A stretch of 64,000 nt of DNA, from assembly GCA_047833665.1 (NCBI GenBank), contig CP181261.1, positions 2,170,889-2,234,888 on the forward strand, written 5' to 3'. Under the pieces are notes generated by a model. The model was not told the origin of the DNA. It ran no database searches and saw nothing but the letters and a program-made list of their open reading frames with translations. This stretch comes from Clostridium sp. (GTDB lineage Bacteria; Bacillota; Clostridia; Oscillospirales; Acutalibacteraceae). Shown here in pieces: positions 1 to 9,465 of the stretch. The position numbers were made by a program, and so were the translations under genes. Within the stretch, counting starts at the first letter, position 1. The number at the start of each line of letters is the position of its first letter.

Positions 1-545
1 AATATTCCGGCTACGCTGATTCTGCGGCGAATTTCCTTGTTCAGCCGTTGCCAAGAGGCTCCCGGGAAACTTTCGCGTATGGCTGCAATCAGCCCTTTAT
101 TCGCGTCTGAAACTACCCAGAAGGGGTGTTTTCAGACCACGATCTAAAAGACTTTGAAACAATTGAGAATAACTTTCTTTGTCTTTATCCAGCATTGCTC
201 TACGGCGAGGATATCCCTATACCCCTGTTCATTGACACCGCAGACCACCAACACAGCCATGCTGACGACGCGGCCATCCATACGGATTTTTTCATACGGT
301 GCATCTGAATAGCAACTCGTCAGAGGCCGGCTGCGGGAGAATTGCACCTGCTCTTTAAGGCTTTTCATCATTTCATTGTTGATTGCGGGATGGATTGTTT
401 AGTCAAATCTGTGGTATCCTTTTTGTGAGTCATTGGGTTATCTCTCGTTCTTTGAATGTCTTTAGCACCATTCATTTTATCGGAGTCCCAATGACTTTTC
501 TATGCCTTGATAAAATTGCGAACTTTATTGTACTCTATCCTTCTC
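1..545 (-). pseudogene. IS256-family transposase relic (cut by window edge, internally deleted)
   Basis: Minus ORF 144..371 (YEKIRMDGRVVSMAVLVVCGVNEQGYRDILAVE) aligns to the intact IS256-like transposase at 26951..28132. Bases 1-55 match ~27071-27125 and then jump to ~27390, which indicates an internal deletion. The conserved element terminus ...ttgcgaactttattgtactctatc ends at ~540. Confidence 0.8.
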
Positions 546-662
546 TTGACACTATCAGGTGTTCAATTTGTTACTGCAATTTTAAAAAATAATTCATTTG
601 CTTAAAACCTGTGATATAATGAAAAAATAAGTTTAACAGAATAAGGAAAATGGTGAAGAAAT

Positions 663-1337
663 ATGACATATGAGGCTCTCCCTCAGGAAATGAAAAACGA
701 ATTTACACAGCAATACTGGAATATGCTGCAAAAAAAGCGCGCAACGCTTGCCGTAAAGCGCGCCGTTGATATCATTGCCTCCTTTGTGATTCTGTTGATT
801 TTTTCTCCTGTTCTGCTGATTTTGGCACTGGCAATTAAGCTCGATTCGCCCGGCCCCGTTTTTTACCGTCAAGTGCGCGTCGGCCGTTACAATCGTGATT
901 TCAAAATTTACAAATTCCGCACCATGGTTCAAGACGCCGATAAAATCGGTCCGGCAGTGACCACCGGCGAAGACAAACGCATTACAAGAGTGGGTAAATT
1001 AATCCGCCGGTGCAGGCTCGATGAATTTTCTCAGCTAATCAACGTTTTAAACGGCACTATGAGCCTTGTCGGGCCGCGGCCGGAGGTGCGGCGTTATGTG
1101 AATGCTTACAGTCCGGAGGGAATGGCAACTCTCCTCATCAGGCCCGGAATTACAGCACCTTCCAGCATAGCCTTTAAAGATGAAGACCGGCTGTTGGTCG
1201 CAGATGCTGACCCTGATAAGATTTATATTGAACGCATCCTGCCGCCGAAAACGCAGCTGAATCTGGAATATCTGCGCAACATCAGCGTGCTAGGCGATAT
1301 TAAAATTATGTTTCAGACCATAGCGGCTGTACTTTAA
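663..1337 (+). CDS. bacterial sugar transferase (undecaprenyl-phosphate hexose-1-phosphate transferase, WbaP/EpsL-like)
   Basis: N-terminal TM helix, then the family motifs SPGPVFYRQVRVG..FKIYKFRTM and RLDEFSQLINVLNGTMSLVGPRP. Confidence 0.85.
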   Translation: MTYEALPQEMKNEFTQQYWNMLQKKRATLAVKRAVDIIASFVILLIFSPVLLILALAIKLDSPGPVFYRQVRVGRYNRDFKIYKFRTMVQDADKIGPAVTTGEDKRITRVGKLIRRCRLDEFSQLINVLNGTMSLVGPRPEVRRYVNAYSPEGMATLLIRPGITAPSSIAFKDEDRLLVADADPDKIYIERILPPKTQLNLEYLRNISVLGDIKIMFQTIAAVL

Positions 1338-1362
1338 GCCATATTTTCAAGGTGAATCTCAT

Positions 1363-2388
1363 ATGATATGGGTAGAACAGCGGGAGATGATACAGTTGTC
1401 TTACCATATGAGAAGAACCTTGAAAATCGTCTTTCTTCTTTTTCTGGCGGTTGTCCTTTTAACGGCCTCCGCCGGCTATCTGCATCAGGCAGTTCCAACA
1501 CAGGGCACGGAAGAAAAAAAGGCGGACTACATTAAATATGTTGAGTTTAACGTGCCGTATCTTGCCTTAAAAAAAGCCATGAATATGGATATCGCCTCTC
1601 ACAAAGAAGGAGGCAGCCTTAATTGGATTGAAATTCTTGCATACTTAGGGGCAAAATACGGGGGCAATTTCACTCAATATAAAAGCAAAGACATGGATGC
1701 CTTTGTGGAAAAACTGGAAACCTCCAGCGTTGAAGAAATCACGAAGGATATGAAATATTACAACTATTATTTCCAGGCGTATTCGGCGGTTCTCGGCGGC
1801 CTTCTCGGCAAATACCGTGAGGACGGCGAGGAAAAATACGGCCTGATCGGCTATTCTCCGATTGCAAAAAACTTTCCGTATACGGACTGTGATGATTTCG
1901 GCGCACGGCGCACCTACGGTTATTCACGCCCGCATTTAGGGCACGACATGATGGCCGCTACGGGCACACCGGTTATTGCGGTGGAATCCGGAGTTGTGGA
2001 GGCGCTTGGCTGGAACCAGTACGGCGGATGGAGAATCGGCATTCGCAGTTTTGACACCAAACGATATTACTATTATGCACATCTGCGCCAAAACCGACCT
2101 TATGCTGCAGGGCTGGCCGTTGGCCAAACCGTCAAAGCGGGGGACGTCATCGGATATGTGGGGCGCACAGGATACAGCACCAAAGAAAACGTCAATAACA
2201 TTAAAATCAGCCATCTGCATTTTGGGCTGCAGCTCATTTTTGACGAAAGCCAGAAAGAGTGCGATAATGAAATCTGGGTGGATGTCTATGCTCTGACAAA
2301 GCTGCTGCGGCAGCATCAGTCGGAAGTCTACCGCGTGGCAGAGACCAAAGAATTCTACCGCGTAAAGGATATCGAAATAGAATCATAG
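1363..2388 (+). CDS. M23 family metallopeptidase (LytM-like), membrane anchored
   Basis: HLGHD (HxxxD) and HLHFGLQ (HxH) zinc motifs. N-terminal hydrophobic anchor. AGGTGA RBS 7 nt upstream of the ATG at 1363. Confidence 0.85.
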   Translation: MIWVEQREMIQLSYHMRRTLKIVFLLFLAVVLLTASAGYLHQAVPTQGTEEKKADYIKYVEFNVPYLALKKAMNMDIASHKEGGSLNWIEILAYLGAKYGGNFTQYKSKDMDAFVEKLETSSVEEITKDMKYYNYYFQAYSAVLGGLLGKYREDGEEKYGLIGYSPIAKNFPYTDCDDFGARRTYGYSRPHLGHDMMAATGTPVIAVESGVVEALGWNQYGGWRIGIRSFDTKRYYYYAHLRQNRPYAAGLAVGQTVKAGDVIGYVGRTGYSTKENVNNIKISHLHFGLQLIFDESQKECDNEIWVDVYALTKLLRQHQSEVYRVAETKEFYRVKDIEIES

Positions 2389-2479
2389 ATTTACAAAAAA
2401 GATTTTGTTTTTCACTTGTCTTTCGGCATATTTATGGGTATGCTAAGAAAAAAGAGATTGGAAAGGAGTTGTCAGTTTT

Positions 2480-2836
2480 ATGATGTCGGAAATCGGAGGA
2501 GATCTGAAAAAACTGCTGCTGGCCGGTTTGGGTGCAGCCGCAACAACTGCCGAAAAAAGCAAGCAAATTATTGATGAGCTGGTTCAAAAAGGCGAACTTA
2601 CGCTGGAACAGGGAAAGGTTCTTAATGAAGAACTCAAGCAAACTTTAAAAGACCGAGTGGACCAACATGTGTCCGTCACAGTAACCAAGACGGTGCCAAC
2701 AAACGTGCAAAGCATTATACAAGCCATCTCCAAATTAAACCGGGACGAATTAGAACAGGTAAAAGCTGCGATTGCTCAGCAGGAAAATCTTCAAGTGCCG
2801 GAAGCGAACGGACAGAAGGAACATGCCGCAGAATAA
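2480..2836 (+). CDS. small coiled-coil protein, phasin-like
   Basis: 118-aa helical protein (LLAGLGAAATTAEKSKQIIDELVQKGELTLEQGK). It overlaps the downstream UbiB-like kinase start by 14 nt. The family assignment is from memory of phasin-like proteins that precede ABC1 kinases in Firmicutes. Confidence 0.5.
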   Translation: MMSEIGGDLKKLLLAGLGAAATTAEKSKQIIDELVQKGELTLEQGKVLNEELKQTLKDRVDQHVSVTVTKTVPTNVQSIIQAISKLNRDELEQVKAAIAQQENLQVPEANGQKEHAAE

Positions 2837-4409
2837 TTTCGGTGATTATAAAAAACGTTTGGAAGAAATCATGGGAATTCTGCGGAAACATCAGATTTCC
2901 CGCGGGCTTAATCCAAAGAAACTTCGTCTGATTTTTGAGGACCTCGGACCGACCTATATTAAATTTGGACAAATTATGTCCATGCGCACCGATATGCTTC
3001 CTGCGGAGTATTGCAGCGAACTGAGCCGCCTGCGCACCAATGTGCGTCCCATGTCCTCAGAGGAAGTCAGAGAAACGCTGAAGCAGGAATACGGCAGAGA
3101 ACCCGAAGAAATATTTGAAAACTTTCAGTGGCGTCCGATCGGTGCCGCCTCCATTGCGCAGGTTCACAGGGCAAAATTAATCACCGGCGAGCATATCGTG
3201 GTCAAAGTGGAACGTCCGGGTATTTACCGCAAAATGGAGCAGGACGTTTTCCTGCTCCGAAAGGTTTCAGGGCTGCTGAAAATTATCAGCGGAACAGGTG
3301 ATGCAATCGACTTTAATCTCGTGATTGACGAGATGTGGAAATCCGCCCAGCAGGAAATGGATTTTCTCCATGAAGCGCAGCAAGCGGAGCAATTTCAGCG
3401 CTGCAACGACGGTATTGCTTACATTGCGGTTCCGCGCGTATTTCGTGAGTACACCACTTCCAAAGTGCTTGTAATGGAAGATATGGACGGCATTCCCATA
3501 GACGATGTGAAGCAACTAAAGCAGCACGGATATGATCCGGCCGAAATTGGGACAAAGCTGGCGGAAAATTATGTAAAACAAATTGTGGATGACGGATTTT
3601 TTCACGCCGACCCTCATCCCGGGAATCTTTTAATCCATGACAAAAAAATCGTATGGCTGGACATGGGGATGATGGGAGTATTGTCTCCGCGAGATCGGTG
3701 TCTTTTAAACGGTGCCATGCGGGCGGTCGCATGCGGAAACGTAAATGATGTAAAAGACGCTTTGCTGTCCATTGTAAAACATACCGGGCCGATTGACCAC
3801 GCAAGGCTTTATTCGGACATCGATGACCTGCTCAACAAATACGGCACGTTCCATGTAGGGAATTTAAAAATGCCGGAACTGTGCGACGATATTTTAGCTC
3901 TTGTAAAGCGTCATTGTCTTGCCCTTCCGCCTGAATTTTCCATGCTGGGGCGCGGACTAGTGACAATTGAAGGAGTTATCAGCAAATTAAGCCCTGAAAT
4001 CAGTTTGTTTGAAATCATTGGCAGTCATCTGTCCGGAGAACTGTTAAAAGACCTAAATGTTCTCGGCGACCTCCGAAAAAGTCTGTATGCACTCTACGGC
4101 TCCGGTCGGCATATTCTGGGCATTCCTGCGCAAATGTCCGAATTTCTGAAAATGAGCATCAAAGGCCGGACAAAGGTTAATATTGAATTGACAAACGCAG
4201 AGCAGCCTATCCACACGGTGGAAAAACTGATTAATCGGCTGATTCTCGGTATTTTGGATGCCGGATTATTCATCGCCTCAGCAATTTTGGGTGCCTCTAA
4301 TTTACCAAAATGCTTTCTTGGAATTCCAACACTGAGCGCAGTAGGATTCTTTTTTTCGGTAACGTTGGGATTTTGGATTTTCTGGGCGATGTTCAAACAC
4401 AGGCGTTGA
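2823..4409 (+). CDS. ABC1/UbiB-family atypical kinase (AarF domain) with C-terminal TM helices
   Basis: Motifs FGQIMSMRTDMLPAEY, ASIAQVHRA and HADPHPGN. The start was moved to the ATG at 2823 (MPQNNFGDYKK), which overlaps the upstream stop. The ORF track begins at 2772. Confidence 0.85.
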   Translation: MPQNNFGDYKKRLEEIMGILRKHQISRGLNPKKLRLIFEDLGPTYIKFGQIMSMRTDMLPAEYCSELSRLRTNVRPMSSEEVRETLKQEYGREPEEIFENFQWRPIGAASIAQVHRAKLITGEHIVVKVERPGIYRKMEQDVFLLRKVSGLLKIISGTGDAIDFNLVIDEMWKSAQQEMDFLHEAQQAEQFQRCNDGIAYIAVPRVFREYTTSKVLVMEDMDGIPIDDVKQLKQHGYDPAEIGTKLAENYVKQIVDDGFFHADPHPGNLLIHDKKIVWLDMGMMGVLSPRDRCLLNGAMRAVACGNVNDVKDALLSIVKHTGPIDHARLYSDIDDLLNKYGTFHVGNLKMPELCDDILALVKRHCLALPPEFSMLGRGLVTIEGVISKLSPEISLFEIIGSHLSGELLKDLNVLGDLRKSLYALYGSGRHILGIPAQMSEFLKMSIKGRTKVNIELTNAEQPIHTVEKLINRLILGILDAGLFIASAILGASNLPKCFLGIPTLSAVGFFFSVTLGFWIFWAMFKHRR

Positions 4410-4484
4410 GTGAAAACGCAGGCCAAAGCACAGCGGCAGATATCGCAGTCGTCAAAATAAAAACGGCATTTGAATCGTTTTAAC

Positions 4485-4511
4485 GCCGTATTTCTCTGCT
4501 GTAGTAATATA
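4485..4511. repeat. target-site direct repeat copy 1 (g)ccgtatttctctgctgtagtaatata
   Basis: The same 26 nt recur at 5576-5601 and 6665-6690, and the extra 5' g is shared by copies 1 and 2. The repeats directly abut the IS termini. Confidence 0.9.
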
Positions 4512-5574
4512 TGTAGGTTTGTCAAACATATTGGACAGTATGGGAATGTAAAAATTCAGAAGGAGACAACCAATGAAGAGGACGCATCGGCATATTATTA
4601 GAGCGTCTTAAGTAGATGGAAAGTTGGTTTTCAAAGTCCGCTAAAGAGTAAAAATGGTGTTTGTCATAAAAGCGTTTTTGGTCTTCGCGATGACTGCGTT
4701 CCACTTTCCCGTTGTGCCTAGGGGTATAAGGACGAATTAACTTGTGCCGGATATGAAGTTTAGCGGCAGTGGCTTCGAACAACGTCAGCAGATGTTTCTT
4801 GGAAGGTGAGAAACGGTTGGTGAATTCAAAACCGTTGTCAGTTTGAACGCATTCTACACGAACGCCGCGCCGGGCAAACCATTCGACAGCTCGTTTTAGA
4901 AAGTCAGCAGAAGAGTAAGTACTCTGTTCAGGGTACGCTGCCAGAAAACGCAGCCTAGAAAATTCATCAATAGCTGTGTACTGGAAAAGCCGAAGCTCAG
5001 GGTTGGCAATACAGCGCTTTGGAACTACTTTTACATCGATCTGAATGCGCTCTCCGGGATGCGTCATTTGCTCGTATGGCTTTGGCTGATATTTCTTCTT
5101 TGGTTTTGATTCTGGGAACATTCCCATTCGGCGCATTACACGGAACAGACTTTCCGGACATCGTGTGTATCCCCGCTTTTTCAACCGAGACCATAGTTCA
5201 ATCATACCGAGGTCGGGATTTCTGCGCCGCATGTCGCGAATCAGCTTTAACTCGGCAGGTGTATGCTGGTTTGGATGACTGTGAGGCCTCCTAGACCGGC
5301 AAGCCAACGATTCTAATGTACCGTCATACCGGGCCATCCAAAAATAGATAAAGGAACGGCTTTTGTTGTATTTTCGGCTTGCACGGCTAACACCGTACTT
5401 TTGAGCATAGATCATTAGGGATTGCCTAAACTTCATGTCTTGTGTTACACTATTCATGCAGAAATGGGCACTTCCTTTCGGTATGATTTGGTTTGTGTAG
5501 CTTTATTTTAACCGATGTGTCCATTTCTGTATTTTATTTTTTCTCAACTGTCCAATATGTATTGTAGTCCTACA
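4512..5574 (-). mobile_element. 1063-bp IS, rve-type DDE transposase (IS481-like), copy 1 of 3
   Basis: Imperfect terminal IRs: TGTAGGTTTGTCAAACATATTGGACAG at one end and the reverse complement of CTGTCCAATATGTATTGTAGTCCTACA at the other. Flanked by 26/27-bp direct repeats. Six-frame translations are identical to the copies at 5602..6664 and 51207..52269. Confidence 0.9.
4522..5457 (-). CDS. DDE (rve) transposase, IS481-like
   Basis: 311 aa. N-terminal HTH region, then IQIDVK (D), VQTDNGFEF (D) and GKVERSHRE (E). Confidence 0.9.
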   Translation of the reverse strand: MNSVTQDMKFRQSLMIYAQKYGVSRASRKYNKSRSFIYFWMARYDGTLESLACRSRRPHSHPNQHTPAELKLIRDMRRRNPDLGMIELWSRLKKRGYTRCPESLFRVMRRMGMFPESKPKKKYQPKPYEQMTHPGERIQIDVKVVPKRCIANPELRLFQYTAIDEFSRLRFLAAYPEQSTYSSADFLKRAVEWFARRGVRVECVQTDNGFEFTNRFSPSKKHLLTLFEATAAKLHIRHKLIRPYTPRHNGKVERSHREDQKRFYDKHHFYSLADFENQLSIYLRRSNNMPMRPLHWLSPSEFLHSHTVQYV

Positions 5575-5601
5575 GCCGTATTTCTCTGCTGTAGTAATAT
5601 A
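5575..5601. repeat. target-site direct repeat copy 2 (shared between the tandem IS copies)
   Basis: gccgtatttctctgctgtagtaatata lies between IS copy 1 (ends 5574) and IS copy 2 (starts 5602). Confidence 0.9.
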
Positions 5602-6664
5602 TGTAGGTTTGTCAAACATATTGGACAGTATGGGAATGTAAAAATTCAGAAGGAGACAACCAATGAAGAGGACGCATCGGCATATTATTAGAGCGTCTTA
5701 AGTAGATGGAAAGTTGGTTTTCAAAGTCCGCTAAAGAGTAAAAATGGTGTTTGTCATAAAAGCGTTTTTGGTCTTCGCGATGACTGCGTTCCACTTTCCC
5801 GTTGTGCCTAGGGGTATAAGGACGAATTAACTTGTGCCGGATATGAAGTTTAGCGGCAGTGGCTTCGAACAACGTCAGCAGATGTTTCTTGGAAGGTGAG
5901 AAACGGTTGGTGAATTCAAAACCGTTGTCAGTTTGAACGCATTCTACACGAACGCCGCGCCGGGCAAACCATTCGACAGCTCGTTTTAGAAAGTCAGCAG
6001 AAGAGTAAGTACTCTGTTCAGGGTACGCTGCCAGAAAACGCAGCCTAGAAAATTCATCAATAGCTGTGTACTGGAAAAGCCGAAGCTCAGGGTTGGCAAT
6101 ACAGCGCTTTGGAACTACTTTTACATCGATCTGAATGCGCTCTCCGGGATGCGTCATTTGCTCGTATGGCTTTGGCTGATATTTCTTCTTTGGTTTTGAT
6201 TCTGGGAACATTCCCATTCGGCGCATTACACGGAACAGACTTTCCGGACATCGTGTGTATCCCCGCTTTTTCAACCGAGACCATAGTTCAATCATACCGA
6301 GGTCGGGATTTCTGCGCCGCATGTCGCGAATCAGCTTTAACTCGGCAGGTGTATGCTGGTTTGGATGACTGTGAGGCCTCCTAGACCGGCAAGCCAACGA
6401 TTCTAATGTACCGTCATACCGGGCCATCCAAAAATAGATAAAGGAACGGCTTTTGTTGTATTTTCGGCTTGCACGGCTAACACCGTACTTTTGAGCATAG
6501 ATCATTAGGGATTGCCTAAACTTCATGTCTTGTGTTACACTATTCATGCAGAAATGGGCACTTCCTTTCGGTATGATTTGGTTTGTGTAGCTTTATTTTA
6601 ACCGATGTGTCCATTTCTGTATTTTATTTTTTCTCAACTGTCCAATATGTATTGTAGTCCTACA
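5602..6664 (-). mobile_element. 1063-bp rve-type IS, copy 2 (tandem, 1090-bp period)
   Basis: Same termini and same ORF set as copy 1, offset by exactly 1090 bp. Confidence 0.9.
5612..6547 (-). CDS. DDE (rve) transposase, IS481-like
   Basis: Translation is identical to 4522..5457. Confidence 0.9.
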   Translation of the reverse strand: MNSVTQDMKFRQSLMIYAQKYGVSRASRKYNKSRSFIYFWMARYDGTLESLACRSRRPHSHPNQHTPAELKLIRDMRRRNPDLGMIELWSRLKKRGYTRCPESLFRVMRRMGMFPESKPKKKYQPKPYEQMTHPGERIQIDVKVVPKRCIANPELRLFQYTAIDEFSRLRFLAAYPEQSTYSSADFLKRAVEWFARRGVRVECVQTDNGFEFTNRFSPSKKHLLTLFEATAAKLHIRHKLIRPYTPRHNGKVERSHREDQKRFYDKHHFYSLADFENQLSIYLRRSNNMPMRPLHWLSPSEFLHSHTVQYV

Positions 6665-6690
6665 CCGTATTTCTCTGCTGTAGTAATATA
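6665..6690. repeat. target-site direct repeat copy 3
   Basis: ccgtatttctctgctgtagtaatata immediately follows the end of IS copy 2. Confidence 0.9.
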
Positions 6691-6694
6691 CTAC

Positions 6695-6723
6695 TTTACA
6701 TTATCAATTTCCTATGGTATAAT
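6695..6723 (+). promoter_or_regulatory. sigma-70-type promoter upstream of tRNA-Leu
   Basis: -35 TTTACA (6695-6700), 17-nt spacer, -10 TATAAT (6718-6723). It lies about 60 nt upstream of the tRNA. Confidence 0.6.
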
Positions 6724-6785
6724 ACTTAAATGTAATGAACAAAGCAAGTTGCATTTTGTCCGTTTGATTCATCCGCATAATTTAT

Positions 6786-6872
6786 GCCGCTGTGGTGGAA
6801 TTGGCAGACACAAGGGACTTAAAATCCCTCGGTAGCGATACCGTGCCGGTTCGAGTCCGGCCAGCGGCACCA
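6786..6872 (+). tRNA. tRNA-Leu (anticodon TAA), CCA encoded
   Basis: Acceptor GCCGCTG pairs with CAGCGGC. Anticodon stem AGGGA/TCCCT with loop CTTAAAA. Long variable arm. T-arm GCCGG-TTCGAGT-CCGGC. Ends in ACCA. Confidence 0.92.
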
Positions 6873-6883
6873 TAAATAAATAC

Positions 6884-6925
6884 CTCCGGGCTCAGTAACG
6901 ATAATGAGTCCGGAGTTTTCTTTTT
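6884..6925 (+). terminator. rho-independent terminator after tRNA-Leu
   Basis: Stem ctccgggctca / tgagtccggag (one mismatch), followed by ttttcttttt. Confidence 0.7.
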
Positions 6926-7339
6926 GCCTCTATGCCAATCGTTATGGTCGCCCGAAATGGAAACGGAGCAGCGTCAGGCTGCTCCGTTTTTGGTCGCAGG
7001 ATTGAATATATGAAGAATACAATGTTACGGAAACGGCAAAAATTGCGGTAATCATATGCATTGCGTTTAAGAACCTGAGTCTTCTAAAAAAGTGAAAATA
7101 AAAAGTATGATAATGCTCAAAATTGCATCAGCATCGGCATTTACACAAATGTATATAACATGAAAAAACACTTTTTATGTCGTACAAGTGTGGTACAAAT
7201 TGAGGTCCAAATCAGTTTGATGTTCACTTGCACGTTTCATATTTGCAGCTTCTTCTGGATAATATTCATGTGAGTATAGGTGGCTGCAGGACTTATCATC
7301 GCAAGATAGGTTATACAACGGGTACACAATCTTTAGCAA

Positions 7340-7410
7340 CATTCATTTTATCGGAGTCCCAATGAATTTTCTATGCCTTGATAAAATTGTGAACTTTATT
7401 GTACTCTATC
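7340..7410. repeat. solo terminal fragment of the IS256-like element
   Basis: attcattttatcggagtcccaatgaattttctatgccttgataaaattgtgaactttattgtactctatc matches the ends at ~470-540 and 28160-28236. Confidence 0.8.
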
Positions 7411-7549
7411 TGTCAGCAAGGACTGAAAACCTCTAAATACCACTGAGATAAACGAATTTGACGCTAAAACACAACATGCCGATTGCCTGCAAAATACACA
7501 CAGGCAATCGACATGTTTAAATAGGACTAAAAACGCAAACCGTTTGTTT

Positions 7550-8674
7550 TTAATCAAAAATTTCGGAAGCTTTTTTCAAAACTTCAATGATCGGAAGGTG
7601 CTGAGGACATACATTTTCACACTGGCCGCATTGCACACAAGTTCCCGCCCTGTGTCCATCGGAAGTAATTCGATTGTAATCTTTATGAGGAACCTCATTA
7701 TCACCATATGTAAGTACTGTATTATATTGCCGTATAATATCCGGAATTTTGATACCTTTAGGGCAGCCATCCACACAATAGCGACATGCAGTGCACCCAA
7801 CTGTAGCAACACTGTGCATTTGTTTTGTAACCTGCTCTAAACACGCCCGCTCTTCCGGAGTAAAAGGCTTTAAATTCTTAAATGTATCAATATTATCCTT
7901 CATTTGATCTTCGGTAGACATTCCACTTAAAACAACCATAACTCCTTCAAGGGTGGCAGCAAAACGCAATGCCCAAGACGCAATGGATTTTTCGGGAGTA
8001 ATGGCTTTCATCTTTTTCTCAAGATCCTCACGCAACGATGCAAGAAGACCGCCTTTCACTGGTTCCATAACAATGATGGATTTACCATGCTTTCGAGCAA
8101 TTTCATAGCATTTGCGGGAGTTAACCGTTTCGTTATCCCAATCAAAATAGTTAATTTGAAGCTGAACGAATTCTACTTCCGGATGCTCAGTCAACAGTTT
8201 ATCCAGCAGCTCCGGCTTATCATGAAACGAAAAACCAAAGTGGCGAATCAGCCCTTTTTTCTTCATTTCCTGCGCCCATTCCCAACAGTGAAATCCATCA
8301 TAGTTGCGAAGATGCCCGGATTCCACGCTGTGCAGCAGATAGAAATCGAAATATCCTGCCCCTGTGCGCTCTAATTGTTCATCAAAAACCTTCTGAACAT
8401 CACTTTCTGACTTGAGCACCCATGCAGGAAGCTTGTCCGCAATGGTAAAACTTTCCCGCGGATAGCGCTTTACTACGGCTTCTTTAAAGGCGCTTTCCGA
8501 CGTACCGCTATGATACACATAAGCAGTATCAAAATAGTTGAAACCATTCGCCATATAGGCATCAACCATGCTGTTTAATCTTTCTTTATCTATTGCACCG
8601 TCTTTTTCCGGAAGACGCATCAATCCAAAACCCAATTTACAAATATTTTTATTTTGTAAATTCTGTTTTTCCAT
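7550..8674 (-). CDS. aldo/keto reductase fused to a C-terminal 2x[4Fe-4S] ferredoxin-like domain
   Basis: AKR motifs GFGLMRLP and FDTAYVY. Cys clusters CTACRYCVDGCP and CVQCGQCENVCP. The start was set at the ATG at 8674 (MEKQNLQ), which has an AAGGAA RBS. The ORF track extends to 8740. Confidence 0.85.
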   Translation of the reverse strand: MEKQNLQNKNICKLGFGLMRLPEKDGAIDKERLNSMVDAYMANGFNYFDTAYVYHSGTSESAFKEAVVKRYPRESFTIADKLPAWVLKSESDVQKVFDEQLERTGAGYFDFYLLHSVESGHLRNYDGFHCWEWAQEMKKKGLIRHFGFSFHDKPELLDKLLTEHPEVEFVQLQINYFDWDNETVNSRKCYEIARKHGKSIIVMEPVKGGLLASLREDLEKKMKAITPEKSIASWALRFAATLEGVMVVLSGMSTEDQMKDNIDTFKNLKPFTPEERACLEQVTKQMHSVATVGCTACRYCVDGCPKGIKIPDIIRQYNTVLTYGDNEVPHKDYNRITSDGHRAGTCVQCGQCENVCPQHLPIIEVLKKASEIFD

Positions 8675-9142
8675 GTCACCATTCCTTTGCAAATTATTTA
8701 GCGAATGTGTCATTAAGATGAAGAAGAAATATCCGAACACACGTTGCTTATTGTGAGGATCCCATAGGACATAAATTACTAAACCGATTAGACCCCATCA
8801 TACAGTGTCTCATGACAAAAAGATTGCAGAATTCATCGACTTTGCGGCAACTGTTATCTCCATTGCGTTTTACATTTCTTTTATGTGTTTTTTAAATTCC
8901 GATGAACAGGGAATGGGCTGTATACCTTTCTTTTCTGTTGCGTAACTACATGTTGCAATTACCTCCACACATAAAATTTTAGTGTTTTTCTGACAAGGTG
9001 TATCAAATTTTTTATGATAATGTAAGTATAAACCTTGATGTCAACCTTAAGTCAATAGGTATCGGTAAATTTCATTTTTTTGTAAATACATGTTTAAATG
9101 ATTCCCATTCCACAAGCCTTTTCCAAAGCCACAGTACTTTGA

Positions 9143-9216
9143 TCTTCTAAGGAAAACATCCTAATTTTTATTTATCATATCTTCTAAGGAAAACATCCTA
9201 ATTTTTATTTATCATA
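9143..9216. repeat. perfect 37-bp tandem duplication (x2)
   Basis: tcttctaaggaaaacatcctaatttttatttatcata occurs at 9143-9179 and again at 9180-9216. Confidence 0.9.
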
Positions 9217-9275
9217 AATGCCTAAAAATACTTGACATGACTTGCAAAAAAACAATAGAATGATTGCAATACAAA

Positions 9276-9465
9276 TAGTGTCAAGAGGCGTTCGCAATTT
9301 GGGAACTCCGAAAAATGAATGAGGCTGCGCATAACAGGCAATATTCCGACTACGCTGGTTCTGCGGGGGATTTCCTTGTTTAGCCGTTCTAAAGCATATT
9401 GGTTGAGGAGATTTTGCGAACATCGAGTTTCGGATATGAAATTACAAACTTTATTGTACTCCATC
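9276..9465 (-). mobile_element. miniature internal-deletion derivative (MITE-like) of the IS256-like element
   Basis: Begins tagtgtcaagaggcgttcgcaatttgggaactccg, which matches the 26905 end. It carries ~100 bp of the transposase 3' region (LERLNKEIPRRTSVVGI) and then jumps to the other terminus, ...caaactttattgtactccatc. Confidence 0.75.

Noticed and set aside
6605-6835. 76-aa ORF spanning the IS end, the target repeat, the promoter and the 5' half of tRNA-Leu
   Set aside because: It overlaps a confidently folded tRNA and an IS terminus, so it is not a plausible protein-coding gene.
7480-7512. Hairpin cgattgcctg / caggcaatcg as the terminator of the aldo/keto reductase gene
   Set aside because: The stem is clear, but neither strand has the adjacent U-tract expected for an intrinsic terminator, so it was not listed as a feature.
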